A DNA stretch of 64,000 nt, from contig BDGG01000003.1 in NCBI GenBank assembly GCA_001949185.1, positions 66,679 through 130,678 of the forward strand. The letters run 5' to 3'. The stretch comes from Ramazzottius varieornatus (lineage: Eukaryota > Animalia > Tardigrada). The notes below the pieces were generated by a model. It worked only from the letters and a program-made list of their open reading frames with translations. It was not told where the DNA came from and made no database searches. Below are positions 52,101-64,000 of the stretch, one piece after another. Both the position numbers and the translations under genes were made by a program. Every line of letters starts with the position of its first letter. The stretch's first letter is position 1.

Positions 52101-52775
52101 AACCTGATTATTTCCTGCACACTTGTCTTGAAACTTCATATTTCCATTTCTCTGTTGATTTCCGTTCCCACTGTGCTTTACATGACGGGATACCTGTTCT
52201 TGGTCGTGTTTCTTCGTACCTATCATCGTCAAGGATATCAGGGATAAAGAGTAGCCAGAAAGAAAGTCTGGAGTTTCAGCCCTGTCACGACGCAGTGTTT
52301 GCCTACAAACGACCCCGCGAAGCTCGCACGTTTTCGGCGCGTTAGCCGTCGTTTTTGAAGTTTTAAAATCGTGTTTCACTCACGACCAATTTCAGTGGAT
52401 CAAGGAAGTTTAAATTTCAAATCAACTGGCTTCGAGATAAACAGCCCGCCGTGAGGAGGAAAATTGTAGTATGCAACGGCATCAGCTTCGTAGGCCACAT
52501 AAATATCCACATTACATAGCATAGTTAGCAGACATCTATAATTTATTGTTGACCGCTGACGACTTCTTCCATCACCCGACATTGCTTACAATACTGTTTC
52601 GCAACGGCAAAACCCAAGCAGAAATGTTCGATATTGTCTCGAACGTCAAGCACGCACACCGTACACAAACACGCGCGAGCTACGCACGATAGTATATCAA
52701 CATGGATAAAACGCCAAAAGCTGTACGACAGTTATACTTCGGAACATTGACACGGTCAGAAGCGCCTCGGAACAC

Positions 52776-55700
52776 TCAGACTGCACCTTTGAGAAGTTCC
52801 TGCTGGCTACTGGGAGTGGGCATGTGCTTGTCGCCACGGAAGTTGCCAGTGAAGATCTTGTGTGGCGAGGGAGCGTCAAGCGCTTCCAGATGTCCACCGG
52901 TCTCACATCCGTCCTCCACCGAAGGGTCCTCCGTACTGACGTGGTGGACTTCCTTCTTACTGTCCAACTTGTTCTTGACGGTCAAGCCAATCCACCACAA
53001 GAACAACGGGATGAACAGCATGATGGAACCGCAGACGGGGACCACCGAAGCCAGATCAGCATCGGGCTGGGGAAGTGATGAACGGAGGAGGACGATAGCG
53101 ATACCCGTATTCTGCACACCGGTCTCCACTGCGATAGCAATAATCTGGAAAAATGAGGTAAAACCTCTTGAAACTTCCTCACGAATTCAATTTTCTCCAG
53201 AGCACGAACACTTTCCTCTCTGAGGGAGAATTTCTTTCCATTTCTGGCATACTGCGAACTTTTTGAGGTTTTTGTAGTTTTGTATTGGCGCTATTTCGGT
53301 GTTCGTAAAACTTATTCGCCTCTTGTTATTACAAGCTGTTCGCTTCGCCTTCGGCTCGCTCGCAGCTTGTCAATGATGTAGAAAAACGGAAACGGATAGC
53401 GCAGAAGAATGGCAATGTAAATATTGAAAGCTATGCTCCGTTCGGAATGAATAAATCTCGTAGGCTCGTTCCAAATATAGTGCACTCACAACGGAATCTC
53501 AAACTGCGCAAATTAAAACCATAAGATAACTTTTATTTTGTTTGATATTCACCCCAACAAGTTTTCCGCTGATATCGTCCGATTAGCAAAAAGTTTTGTC
53601 GCGTCTTAGACGGTTCGCGATTGAAGATGAAATATTTTGAAACCCGTAACCAAGCGCATTAGAACAGCCCCTTTTCGATCTTTTGTGAGGTACTCCGTTT
53701 CTAATAGTATTATTGCTCTACCTCGATTATTTCCTTTCAGTAGCTAGTTGATTTTGTCGACCTTTTCCGTTTTGTGCTTTCCAGCTCAGATTTCTAGCAA
53801 CCCGCAGGAACTTTTGTGAAACTTGAAACGATAATCTCATACACTTACAGCGGTTTCGTGCGGTGATATTTTATAAGACCCAATTGGCTACTTCGGTGAT
53901 TTTGTTTTCTGCGTAGCTATTTGTCAGAAACCGATAGTTCTACTTCTTATTAGCTTGACGAATCACTATTCGGTGCGCCAGCTCAGAGTGGCGTTAGATG
54001 GTGCCTGCGATCTACAGTCAATAAAATTTGGGAACTGGACAGACGCTGTTTTATGGTGAGCTGCTTCAAAATGACACTACCCTACCCCCCGCCATTTCTC
54101 AAGGTTAACCTTGGCGTGAACTGTATGATTTTGTACTTGGGACTTATGTTGAAACACTGCTGGTCGATTTCCCAAGAATAAAAATTTTATTTGAAAAATG
54201 CTACGGAAGTCTTTTATAGCTTCGTACATATGTAAAAGCAGTATTTTTGTGCTGCCTCACGGTCATGCGGGTGCCGGGGAAGTTCTAGAACTCGATCGTT
54301 TGGTCACGCTGATTTCGAAAAAGTGCTGCACCAAGTTTTGGCGAAACGTGTATCCCACCGATCGCTGTCTACAGATCCACATGTGAACTTCAGAAACGTA
54401 CGGTCCGCTGGAAACCATTTATCCCAAAAAGGCTATATCAGCCGAACATAGGTGGAGTTCGAGCAGGCTTGAACCACCAAGTTCCAAATGGTGTACGGAA
54501 CAGGGACTAACGTTGTTGGGTTCTTCGCTAGTGAATATCGAGAAGAGTACCACAGCAAGATTTATGTGCCAGCGCACATAGAGGTCAGGTAATGGCACTA
54601 TCTAGCTTATTTGCTAGTTTGCTATGCAATGAGCTGTATTATGAAAACATACGGGCGACACAGAAATTGACACAAAAAATCAGAACTCCAAGATAAAAAA
54701 CTGAAGAAACGATCACGTTAGCAACATCTGGACACCGTTTCCGAATTTCGGGCAAGATTTGAACCAATTCGGACCGAAATTCGGCGAATGCCAGAGCGTA
54801 CAGTGAAAATAAGTGGATAGCAGTATATATAAATTAGGATTTCGGTACCTTCCTTTTTCCGTCGTGTATTCGTATTTTCGGTTTTTTGCATTTCATCGAT
54901 ATGAGTTGTTAAGCAGCGAATTTTTGGCCTCTTTTACCTGTTCCTTGCTACGTTTGGAAATGAGTGCCAACGTAGCGCCGAAGACATAGCCACACCACGG
55001 GACGATGAGGCCAGCCAGCAGAGTGCGCCACGTCATGACTTGGAACATGTACAGGTTGGCGTAAATGCCGAAGGTGAAGATGAAGAGCATCATGAGGATG
55101 GTGAATGGCCGGATCAGCTTGCGGGCAAAGTCCGCCCACGTTGGTTTCCATCGTCGAATGGCCACACCGATGGCCAGCGGGATGACCAGGGCAAGCAGGG
55201 AGGAGAGGATGTTGGCAAAGGGGATGCGGATCTTCAGGTCGCGGAAGAGGGTGGAACCCAGTGTGAAGAGCCAGAATGGCATCACCGCTATGGAAACAGT
55301 TGACTGTTATCAAACAATTGCAGAAAACGTGAGAGCTTAGCTAATACACTGGACTAGTTCGTTGTTCCATGTGGCGCATATTCTCAGCGATATCCGCTGG
55401 CAGCGTGCGCCATTTCGGAAGACAAACGAACAAACCCGGCCAAATCATTTTCCCAAGTGGCGTACGCTTCCAGCCAGCAATACCAGAAACATGCGGCACT
55501 TGGAAAAACGGTCTGGTCGAGTTTGTCTGCCTGGCCCGCAAATGCCGACTTCTTGTTGCGCGCAATACATAGGTCCGCAACATTTCGGTGGGATGTTTCT
55601 AAAGCTTATGCGAAAGTTAAGTGTCATCATCACATGTCGTGATTACAGGGCGTTTTTCTTTTTGCCTAACGCTGGACCAAGTCAAGCGCCGACAAGCTAA

Positions 55701-57075
55701 GTTAACCGGATCGCCATTATTCAAATTCGACCTGTACTCAACGGCGCCGTCGACGGTTGACCAGATGAGAGGGTCGCCGCTTTTGCTTGAACCATCTCGC
55801 GGCACGGTAAAATTTCGACCATATCCCAAACAAATCTGCCTCGTACCAAGCACAGACGAACGTCAAGAAAAAGATAAGTGGTATATTTACCTAGGGCAAG
55901 TGCCGTGCTGAGGAACGTCATGGTGACACTCAGGTGTGCATCGCCTTCCAACAACAATGTCCAAAAATTGGAGGCACCACCGCCTGGCGAGCAGCCCATC
56001 GTAAACAGACCCAACTGCAAGGCTGGTGTTCCCAGCAAAGCCACACCGACTCCGTACGCAATCTGAAACCACACCAAGAATCAAATACTGTTCGAACGGC
56101 GAAAACGACCCCATTTTCGCCAACTCGCGCGCCGTTTCGAGCGTTCCGTTAATTACCACCCGGACTGCAACGGAGCACATCATGCAAACACTCGGGCAAA
56201 ATAAACCGAGTGACAACCGAGTGCGCCACTTTACCGGAGCTACCCTACCCCGAAAAAGCGGAGCATTTGAGTGGAGAATCGTGTATTTCCACCCGGTTTA
56301 TCGTGAGGGTGCACTGGATAAACGAGGTGGTATTTTACGGTCGGGCGGAATGTGCGTGAGGTGAGTCTTGCTCAACACAACTTATGCAACAAGCTAACGA
56401 GGAGCTATTTGTGGAAGGACGTACAAGTGGCATGAACAGATACTGGCTGGTGAATCCAATACCAATGGCGCAAGGCCGTTTCAGATTCTCCTTCACGACA
56501 GTCAGGTCCAAGTGACAACCCATGTTGATGGTGTTGATCCCGACGAGAGTAGCGATAATGACCACGAAAGCTGTGTCCAAGGCTGAAGGAGCTCTGATGA
56601 TGCTGACGGGATACGGCTCTATCCAGTCGACTCCCCAGTCTTCTCCATTGGCGTCTCTATCCGCCGCCGTAAAGTCTAGGACTTCTCTACCGAGAAACTT
56701 CCCCAGGACGACGGCGACGCCCGCGTACACCGAGTCATCCCTTGAGGAAGAAGCGTCTTTGCTGCCGCAGTCGATGTGGTGTTTATCCCCTTCAGTAATT
56801 TCGAGCACTTTGGTCTTTGGATGGGTTAATTCAAGTAAGATGACTTTCCCCGCGTTGATAGCTTCGCTGGTACAGGTACAGTTGAAGGTAATGTTGGCAC
56901 TAGCTTCTTCTTCGACTTTGACCAGACCAACTTCGAGCGACGGGTAGAAGGTACAGTTGAGATAGCTGACTTTGCCGTGGAAGGTCGGAGCGTTGCGGAT
57001 ACCATTGAGGGCTTGTCCCAGCACGTAAGGGATAAGAAAAAGGAGGAAGGTTCCGATGACACAGATCAGATGCAT
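52776..57075 (-). CDS. SLC10 sodium/bile acid cotransporter family protein (P3/SLC10A3-A5-like with extracellular N-domain), 4 exons
   Basis: NMGCHLDL, IGFTSQYLFMP, GCSPGGGASNFWTLLLEGD..LSVTMT, MMPFWLFTLG, IAVETGVQNTGIA. Signal peptide. Confidence 0.92.
55368..55502. repeat. Spaced palindrome copies E and F (55368-55416, 55454-55502)
   Basis: CATGTGGCGCA-N27-TGCGCCATTTC and CAAGTGGCGTA-N27-TGCGGCACTTG in SLC10 intron 55288-55890. Confidence 0.85.
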
Positions 57076-59040
57076 CTTCTTGTCAATCTTGTGGAGGAGG
57101 TAGAAAATACTTTCCAGCTGATGGAAAAAATCAGAGTTTCTTTCAAGATGTGTCCCTGCGATTACGATGACAGTTAATCCGTACAAGGAGGACTTTTCTG
57201 CAACAGAAAAAAACACACGAGGGTAAATAACGAGTCAGTAGTTCGCGAGGTAGGTAAAAAACGCAGTGAAAGAACGATGAAGAAAATGATACAGTCAGTT
57301 GTTTTGCCCATTACGGCATCAATAGATCGTGATTGCAACGTTCGGTCTGAGTACCGCTCCCCAAGTGACTTCCGGGCTGACTTGCCTGCTTCGGAGTATT
57401 TCAAAATGTTAAAGCTTCAAAGGGAGGGAATACAAAAGGCAGGAGATGAAAAGGGATGATGAAATCGTTAGTGCGACGAAACGGATTTAATTTATCTGAA
57501 GAGATTTTATGGAGACTGGAGAGGAAACAGTGGCGGAAACACCGTCACGCTGCCGGTGTATCCTAGTGCCTGTCGCACCAGATGCGCTTACACGATCCAG
57601 CATCTGCGCACTTGAATAACGTCACAGCTGAATGCGCAGCGCATGCTTGAGCTTATGTCATGCACCTGCATTCTGTTTCAAACAGCTGATCGGATTTTCC
57701 ATTTCCGGTGCAACCTTGATTGACCCAATCAATCCAGGAAATCTTATTGTTCGCACATCCGGGTTTCCCAGGACCAATCTCCGACAGAAAGGGAAGGAGG
57801 TACAACAAAAACTTGCTTATCTGAATAACAACTCGAAATATATTACGCCAAGTTCCACTGAGTGAAACACTAAAATTCATTTCCCTGGAACAGGAAGAAT
57901 TCGACAAGGCTTTGCACTCACCGGTTGCAAATCTGCAAATGGGAATTTCTAGTCGTCCGCAGGTTGCAGCAGATAAAATAAGTAAGATGGCGACTTTGAT
58001 CCGGCCGGTTTACTACTGTGAGATCCACTCTGAAAATGCCAATGAGAAGCAAGTCGAGACTCAAGACGGCAAGAGCCAGCTTGCAGTAGCTAAGTTATGG
58101 ACCTCATCGAAGTGATCAAACGCCCTGCTGTGCACTGTAACACTCTGCGAGTTTGTACAACGAACTTAACTGAAGAACCGCAACGAGTGCATCCGCCTCC
58201 GGCTGACGTCATGTAAGCTGAACAGCCGTAAGTAACGGCCGAACTACAGAAACCCAGAATCGTATCAGCAAGAACAAGAGTGCAACCACCGCGGTAATCG
58301 ATCATGCACTCTGTACTTCAGCAATTAGTCAGATACCTTACAGGTGGAATATCCACGAACTTTGCTGTTTCAGTATCTATGGAATTTGTACGATCGTTTT
58401 CTCCAGTAGCGTCGCAAAAGTCTAAGGATATAATGTAGCAAGGAATTCAATCAGAAGTAGTGCAGCTGTAATCGTCTCAAGACTTTCACTGTCGTTCAGT
58501 TTCAAGGAAGAGTACCGAGTAATGAAAAACAATGAGACTAGATTAGCACTTTGGACGTTGGCTGTGGTAATCCGATAAGATAAAGTGCTACTGTATGTTC
58601 AGAGACAAAAAGCATTCTAATCAGCTTTACCAGTTACCGCGTTAGGCTTCTTTTGGTCGATGGGAAACCTTTGATCGCTCGCTGCATGTTTGCCCCTTGG
58701 ATCCGGGTAAGTTCAGTAACGCAGTGTAAAAAGCTGCTATACTTACCGCTTTCTCGCATTGAGCTGCGATTTGTTATGTCTACAGTCAGAATCCGACAGC
58801 AGTTCAAAGTCAAGCACATGCATTACTGTAACTTGATTACGTGTACATCGTGTAGATCTGTAACACCGGTTTGCGCGCGAGCGGAACAACACACCCGACA
58901 CCGGTCAATGCAACTGATTTTGGCGTTTACATAAGCTTTCAAGTGACAACAGACCTGGGCTTTATTCGAGCTAATTGTGTATCATAACAGTTAATATACC
59001 AGCGTTGCTTCAGATTTATCTTTACGAGTGCAAATGAGTC

Positions 59041-60469
59041 TTATAGAAGAAAATAGGCGAGAACCAAAAAAGATGCTAAAAGTAGCGGGGATCCGAGCTG
59101 ATTTTCCGCGCTGTTATACCTCGGTCTACGGTGTTTGTGATAGTCCTCAACGTAGTTGGGAATGCCTAAGGAAGCGATGGGTTGCCAGCCCGCTGGAGGG
59201 ACCGTTTCTACACTACCCACAGGCACCACGGTTTCCACAGGGGCGACCTCCACTCGCGGTTGCCGCAACGCTGTCGGCGTAGCTTCCACTGAGTCAGTCG
59301 TGCTGTTTGACACGTGGACGAGTACAAAGTTGTTGGCAATGACGACGGGAAGAACCGTGACATCCACTACGGTTGCGGAAGACAGGTGTCCGGTAGAGGG
59401 CGTTGAAGTCGTGGCTGCCACTGGTGTGTTGCTTACACTAACGACGGGAAGTATGACGGGGACAACTGCCGCAACTGTGGCTTGTGAGGTGGACCTTCGG
59501 GTAGTTTCCGGGGTGGTCGTTGTGGAACTGGTGCTAGTAGTGGTGGTTGTGGTAGTAGTAGTAGTGATAGTATTCGCGATAGTACTGGTGGTAGTACTTG
59601 AAGTGGTACTTGGGACTGTACTGGTCGACTCGTTGACAACGACTACACTTTGGGCAACTACTGGATTAACCGGGACAACTGCGATACTGGACGCCGTCGA
59701 AGTTTCTCTTTTAGCTTCTGCAGCGGGTAGTCTGACAACATTTGAGAAATTGGTAAAGGAGACAACCGCCTGTGTGCTGAGCGTGGCACCTGCGAATATA
59801 TTGGGAAATTTGATTTGTTTGGAACATCGTCAACATTGACACTGACATTTTGGTAAACGTGAACACGTACTCATATCTGTCAAATAACTAGTTCAATCGA
59901 AAATGAGAATCAGTTCACAATGAGCTTATCCAGTGGATTGATGGTGGAAAAAATACGCAGGGTGCGATCTGATTTTAATCAAAAAAAGGCAAAAGGAATA
60001 AACGCACATAGGGATAGCTTAAGTTTGGGCCAATTAAGCACTTCCGAAACAGCGAAAGCGTACCTGTGCAATTCACGCCAATGCACTTTTTGACAATTTC
60101 TTACGGGTGAATTCTTAATTTGCCGTCTTTTCCGCTTGGTCCAAACTTCTTATTGGCCCAAACTATCCCTGCGTGCGTGTAATGATGTTCAGGTAAGGCA
60201 GGTAAAAACTTACTGCGGGAAGTTTCCGTCGAGGTTGAGACTTCGCCGTTCGTCAAAACTACCGGAGCAATTGCAACCGGCTGTATCATTATCACAGGAG
60301 TGATGCTTAGATTAGTGTTTGTCGTCGTGTTGTCCAGTGTGGCATTCTGAACAGAGATAAAAGTCGCGTTCCCAGACGTTTGCGAATACACGATGGTGGA
60401 TACCACCAGAATCGTTACAACGATAGCCAGAAAGAAATTAATGATACTTATTCCACGGAAGATTGCCAT
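59041..60469 (-). CDS. Mucin-like Thr/Ser/Val-rich, probably GPI-anchored surface protein, 2 exons (60469-60214, 59789-59041)
   Basis: Hydrophobic N-terminus, phase-1 GT-AG intron, poly-Thr tract, C-terminal YNSA...LLLASFLVLAYFLL. Confidence 0.75.
60001..60179. mobile_element. Degenerate CACGC-family MITE in the mucin gene intron
   Basis: Right end revcomp CACGCACGCAGGGATAGTTTGGGCCAAT...GCGGAAAAGACGGCAAATT matches the 47296 left end. Degenerate left TIR ACGCACATAGGGATAG...TTTGGGCCAAT. Confidence 0.65.
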
Positions 60470-60972
60470 ACTGAGTCGATTTTCGGACAGGTCAACAATT
60501 TGGTCTCAAGGGCAAAACAGTCGGGAAAATTTTGCAAATTTTTGCTGCCGGAGTGCTATTTCATCATAGCTTTTCGATCAAATCATTGTTTCACTGTCCG
60601 TGAAGACTTGAGCATAGCTTGTACTGTCCATGAAAACTTAAGCCTAGCGTGGTTGTGTCATTAACGTAATGCCGTTACGGTATAATAACGAGATGATAAA
60701 TTACCGTCGCCCGAGGGTCCGAGCATTTTTCGTTCGGTGATCTAGATGCGGGCTGACTTTATGACAGTATAGACAATGGTAAGAGCGGTTCTGCATGAAA
60801 TATTCAAAAAAATCCGATAATGAAAGCTCTTTCAAATGAAGTGGCAGCAAATTGTCATCGGCAGTGAAACGACTGGATACTCTCGCTTTCGAACAACCAA
60901 AATGCAAAGTGATTCTCCTCAACCGCAGCTCACCCGAGTCAACTATTATGACAACTATGGTGTAATAAAGTG

Positions 60973-63876
60973 TCAATAAGCTCGAACCGCCTGCTGGGGA
61001 GGGTGCTGATCGAAGAACGCAGAAGGCTGGTGAAGATGCGGCATGGAGGACTGGTTCTGCAAGTGGAAGCGGTCAACTCCGACTTCTTTCCAGATGGTTG
61101 TCAGGTCCCGGACGAATTGATCCATCATGGGGCGGGTGTGGAAGGGCGTGGGGGCTAGTCGGAGGCGCTCTTCACCACGAGCCACGGTTGGGTAGTTGAT
61201 CGCTTGAACGTAGTGGCCAAAAGTGTTCATCAGGCGGTTGGAGACCTCGGCGGACAACTTGGCGTTTCCAACCTGAATGAAAGTCTGGGTGACCACGGGG
61301 TCAGCTAAATTCCCTTATAACTGTAGAGAAATCGGATGATGCGCTAACGACCGATTCAAAGTCAACCTTTCAATGAATCACCGCAACACACGCGGAGATG
61401 TAAGGACCAGGTGATTTGGGATGTCGGCAAATGAACTATACATGATCGATGTCTCAAGCAGCGCAGGCTTCCTTTCCTTTTGGCTGAAAGGGTGCGCCAC
61501 TAGCAACAATTGTCCTGTTAAAGTCATCTGCCGGCGACCCCTTCAAAGAACCAAGTCTATCGTTTGTGTAATGAGACATATGGCTCTGGCAGTGAATGCT
61601 TTGTTTGACATACATGGATAGGGATGATATGGGATGGTGTGTCCAGCGCGGGAATGAAGGCTTTCTTCAACGCGTTCCGAACATATCTCACATTGTCCTG
61701 TTGCATAGCTCGAAGTTCCCGACCTTCCTCAGAAGTCAGAACTCGAATGGCGGTCAGCGCGCCGACGAGGACAGTGGGTGGGAGTGAGGTCGTGAAGATG
61801 AAACCGCTGGCATAACTCCGCATGGCGTCCACCAAGGCGCTTTCACCGGCAATGTATCCTCCAATGTTCCCAAATGCTTTGCCTGATAAACCAAGAGTCA
61901 CACGATTTAGCCGTTGTTTTAGATTATCGGGTCAGGGATCAACAAAGTTTTCTTTTCCCGCCGGAATTACCCAGTGTGCCAGTGATAATATCCATCTTAT
62001 CCAGACAGCCATCGCGTTCACCAACGCCAGCACCACGATCGCCATATAGACCCACTGCGTGGACCTCGTCGACGAATGTCAAGGCACCGTGCTGATGAGC
62101 GATATCACACACTTCCTCCACAGGCGAAATAGCTCCTGCCAACACCCGTGTTTCGGGAAAAACAGACCCAGGATGGCAGATTGTGTTGCTGAGTCAGATC
62201 TTACCGGTCATACTATGAACCGTCTCGAATGCCACGATTTTCGGTCGACCTATATCCGATCCCTCCAGTTTTTCGGCCAGGTCCTCCGTGTCGTTGTGCC
62301 GGTAAACATGCTTCGGCGCTCGGCTGGTGCGTATGCCATGAATCATGGAAGCGTGGTTTCCCGAATCCGAGTAAATGTGGACTCCTGCAACATAATGAAT
62401 TGTGAATTTCAAAAATGATGAATTTAGGATGTCGACGTCCACGGTCAGCCACATTGAAGCGTATGGTAAATAATGAGATAAAATAGTATAGTGTACCAGG
62501 AAGCATCTGGCCCATTGTATGGAGGGTGGATTCGTTGGCGACGTAGCACGAGGTAAACAGCAAAGCAGCTGGCTTCCGGTGGAGTTTGGCCAGCTCGGCT
62601 TCCAATTCTTCGTGCATGGTAGAGTTGCCGCTGATGTTCCGGGTTCCTCCTGCACCAGAGCCATGCTTACCCAGAGCTTCCCTGAGCAAGAAAAAAACTG
62701 GTTGGCCCCGGTTGGCCCCCATCCAGCGTAGTTAAACTGTTCAGCTGACCGAGACGCTTTCCCGTCAAAATCTCCTCCCCGCAAGCAGGCAAAATGCCGG
62801 AAATCATCATGATCCATTTTCTACACTTGTTATACAGGGATATTGAAGAATGCGCTGAAAATAAGACTTACCGAACTGCTTGTAGGACTTTTGGATGTCG
62901 GCTCATGCCCAGATAGTCGTTGCTGCACCACACCGTGATGGGTTTCTCGCCACCGGTAAATTCACGCCCGTGGGGAAATTCCACGGCGCTCCGGTTGACT
63001 TTCTTGAACACCCTGTAAGTATGGTCTTCCTTCTTCTCGGCAATTTTCTTCTCGAAGAACGAGTCGTAGTTGAATACTTCGGTCTTGCTGAATCCTTCGG
63101 GCTTGTACGGTTCGGACTTTGCAGAAGCTTTGTCTTGGCGGTTCTTCGAGGATTCTTCCGGGTCCGCCGGTGGTCCATCTTTGCCGTACTCCTCCACACT
63201 GATGACTTGGTCGTCACCTTTCACACGGACCACGCTGACATTGTTCTGCGTCAAGAAAGGGCAGCGGTTGCATGCTTGGCTGGTCAGCATGCTACTGTCC
63301 ACACCTGGAACAATCGACAAGAACCGCATCAGCAAACAATATAAGACATGTTAGTACGAAAACATAGCCACCATGCGTAAAATTAGAATATGCAAACAAC
63401 CGTGGACAATGTCGGTAAATGTAAGGGGTACACGCACGATGGGTAAATATGGGACAGTAAAAATTGTGGGACAGGCCTTTTCGCTACGGCGGTACGGGAG
63501 CACGTATGGACGCGACCGACTCCCGCTAAGGTACTTTTCAGCACTTTTCTACGGTGACTTTCCATTTTTCCGTCCATTCCACGTGGCCCATAATTCTTAC
63601 TGTACCAAAACCACCCATCGTGTGTGTGTACTGTATGTATCGGCTTCAGTGCAACCCAGTGACGAAATTTACTTCGACTGGTTTTGTCGCAATGATCCAA
63701 ACGAATACGATACAGTTCGATTTACCGTTGTTTGCCGCTTGCGTATGGGCATGGATCTTTTGTAGGTAGCTCGACATGACGGGACATTTTTCTCCATAGT
63801 ACTTCACCAACAGGGATCCACAGTTGCGGATCATGGTGCCGGGCAGTCGAGATAAGACCGGGCAGGAGAAATGCAT
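60973..63876 (-). CDS. ALAS: 5-aminolevulinate synthase, mitochondrial
   Basis: N-terminal CP heme-regulatory motifs (SCPVL, KCPVM, RCPFL), [63 protein letters not shown]. Confidence 0.97.
61455..61503. repeat. Spaced palindrome copy G
   Basis: CAAGCAGCGCA-N27-TGCGCCACTAG in ALAS intron 61273-61613. Confidence 0.7.
63431..63628. mobile_element. CACGC-family MITE in ALAS intron 1
   Basis: TIRs CACRCACGATGGGT....TGG.ACAGTAARAATTRTGGG, TA TSD. Subterminal TTTCGCTACGGCGG shared with the 23303 and 47296 elements. Confidence 0.75.
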
Positions 63877-64000
63877 GGTTGCTCCTTAGATGGTTGATTG
63901 ACAAGTCGGCCAAACAATAAGCTGGTACAGACTACAACAATTTTTCCGTTCGGGAAGCAGGGAACTTTCGAAGAGGATGAGAAAACACCAACTGTTCAAG

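Noticed and set aside
56222-56232. TGCGCCACTTT half-site in an SLC10 intron
   Set aside because: No partner arm 27 nt upstream, so not counted as a palindrome copy.
59156-59839. 227-aa Val-rich plus-strand ORF
   Set aside because: Antisense shadow of the Thr-rich mucin exon.

Overview
Eukaryotic (animal) genomic window with short GT-AG introns. The gene content and compact architecture suggest a tardigrade such as Ramazzottius; this is inference, not verified. Host genes are the 3' end of a UTP4/cirhin-like gene, an unrecognised multi-exon gene, two Thr-rich surface proteins, a small secreted helical protein, the hindsight/pebbled (RREB1) zinc-finger gene, a gustatory-receptor-like 7TM gene, a class A GPCR, an SLC10 transporter and ALAS. 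Positions 6-13 kb hold two decayed two-gene PIF/Harbinger-superfamily transposons, both flanked by ATT target-site duplications (Pangu-like). Many TA-flanked MITEs and two Helitron-like elements are scattered through the window. Two observations stand out. (1) A degenerate palindrome CAAGTGGCGCA-N27-TGCGCCACTTG with fixed spacing occurs 7 times, always inside predicted introns. (2) A MITE inserted into coding sequence appears to be spliced out in frame as a new intron (introner-like intron gain). All exon models were built by eye.
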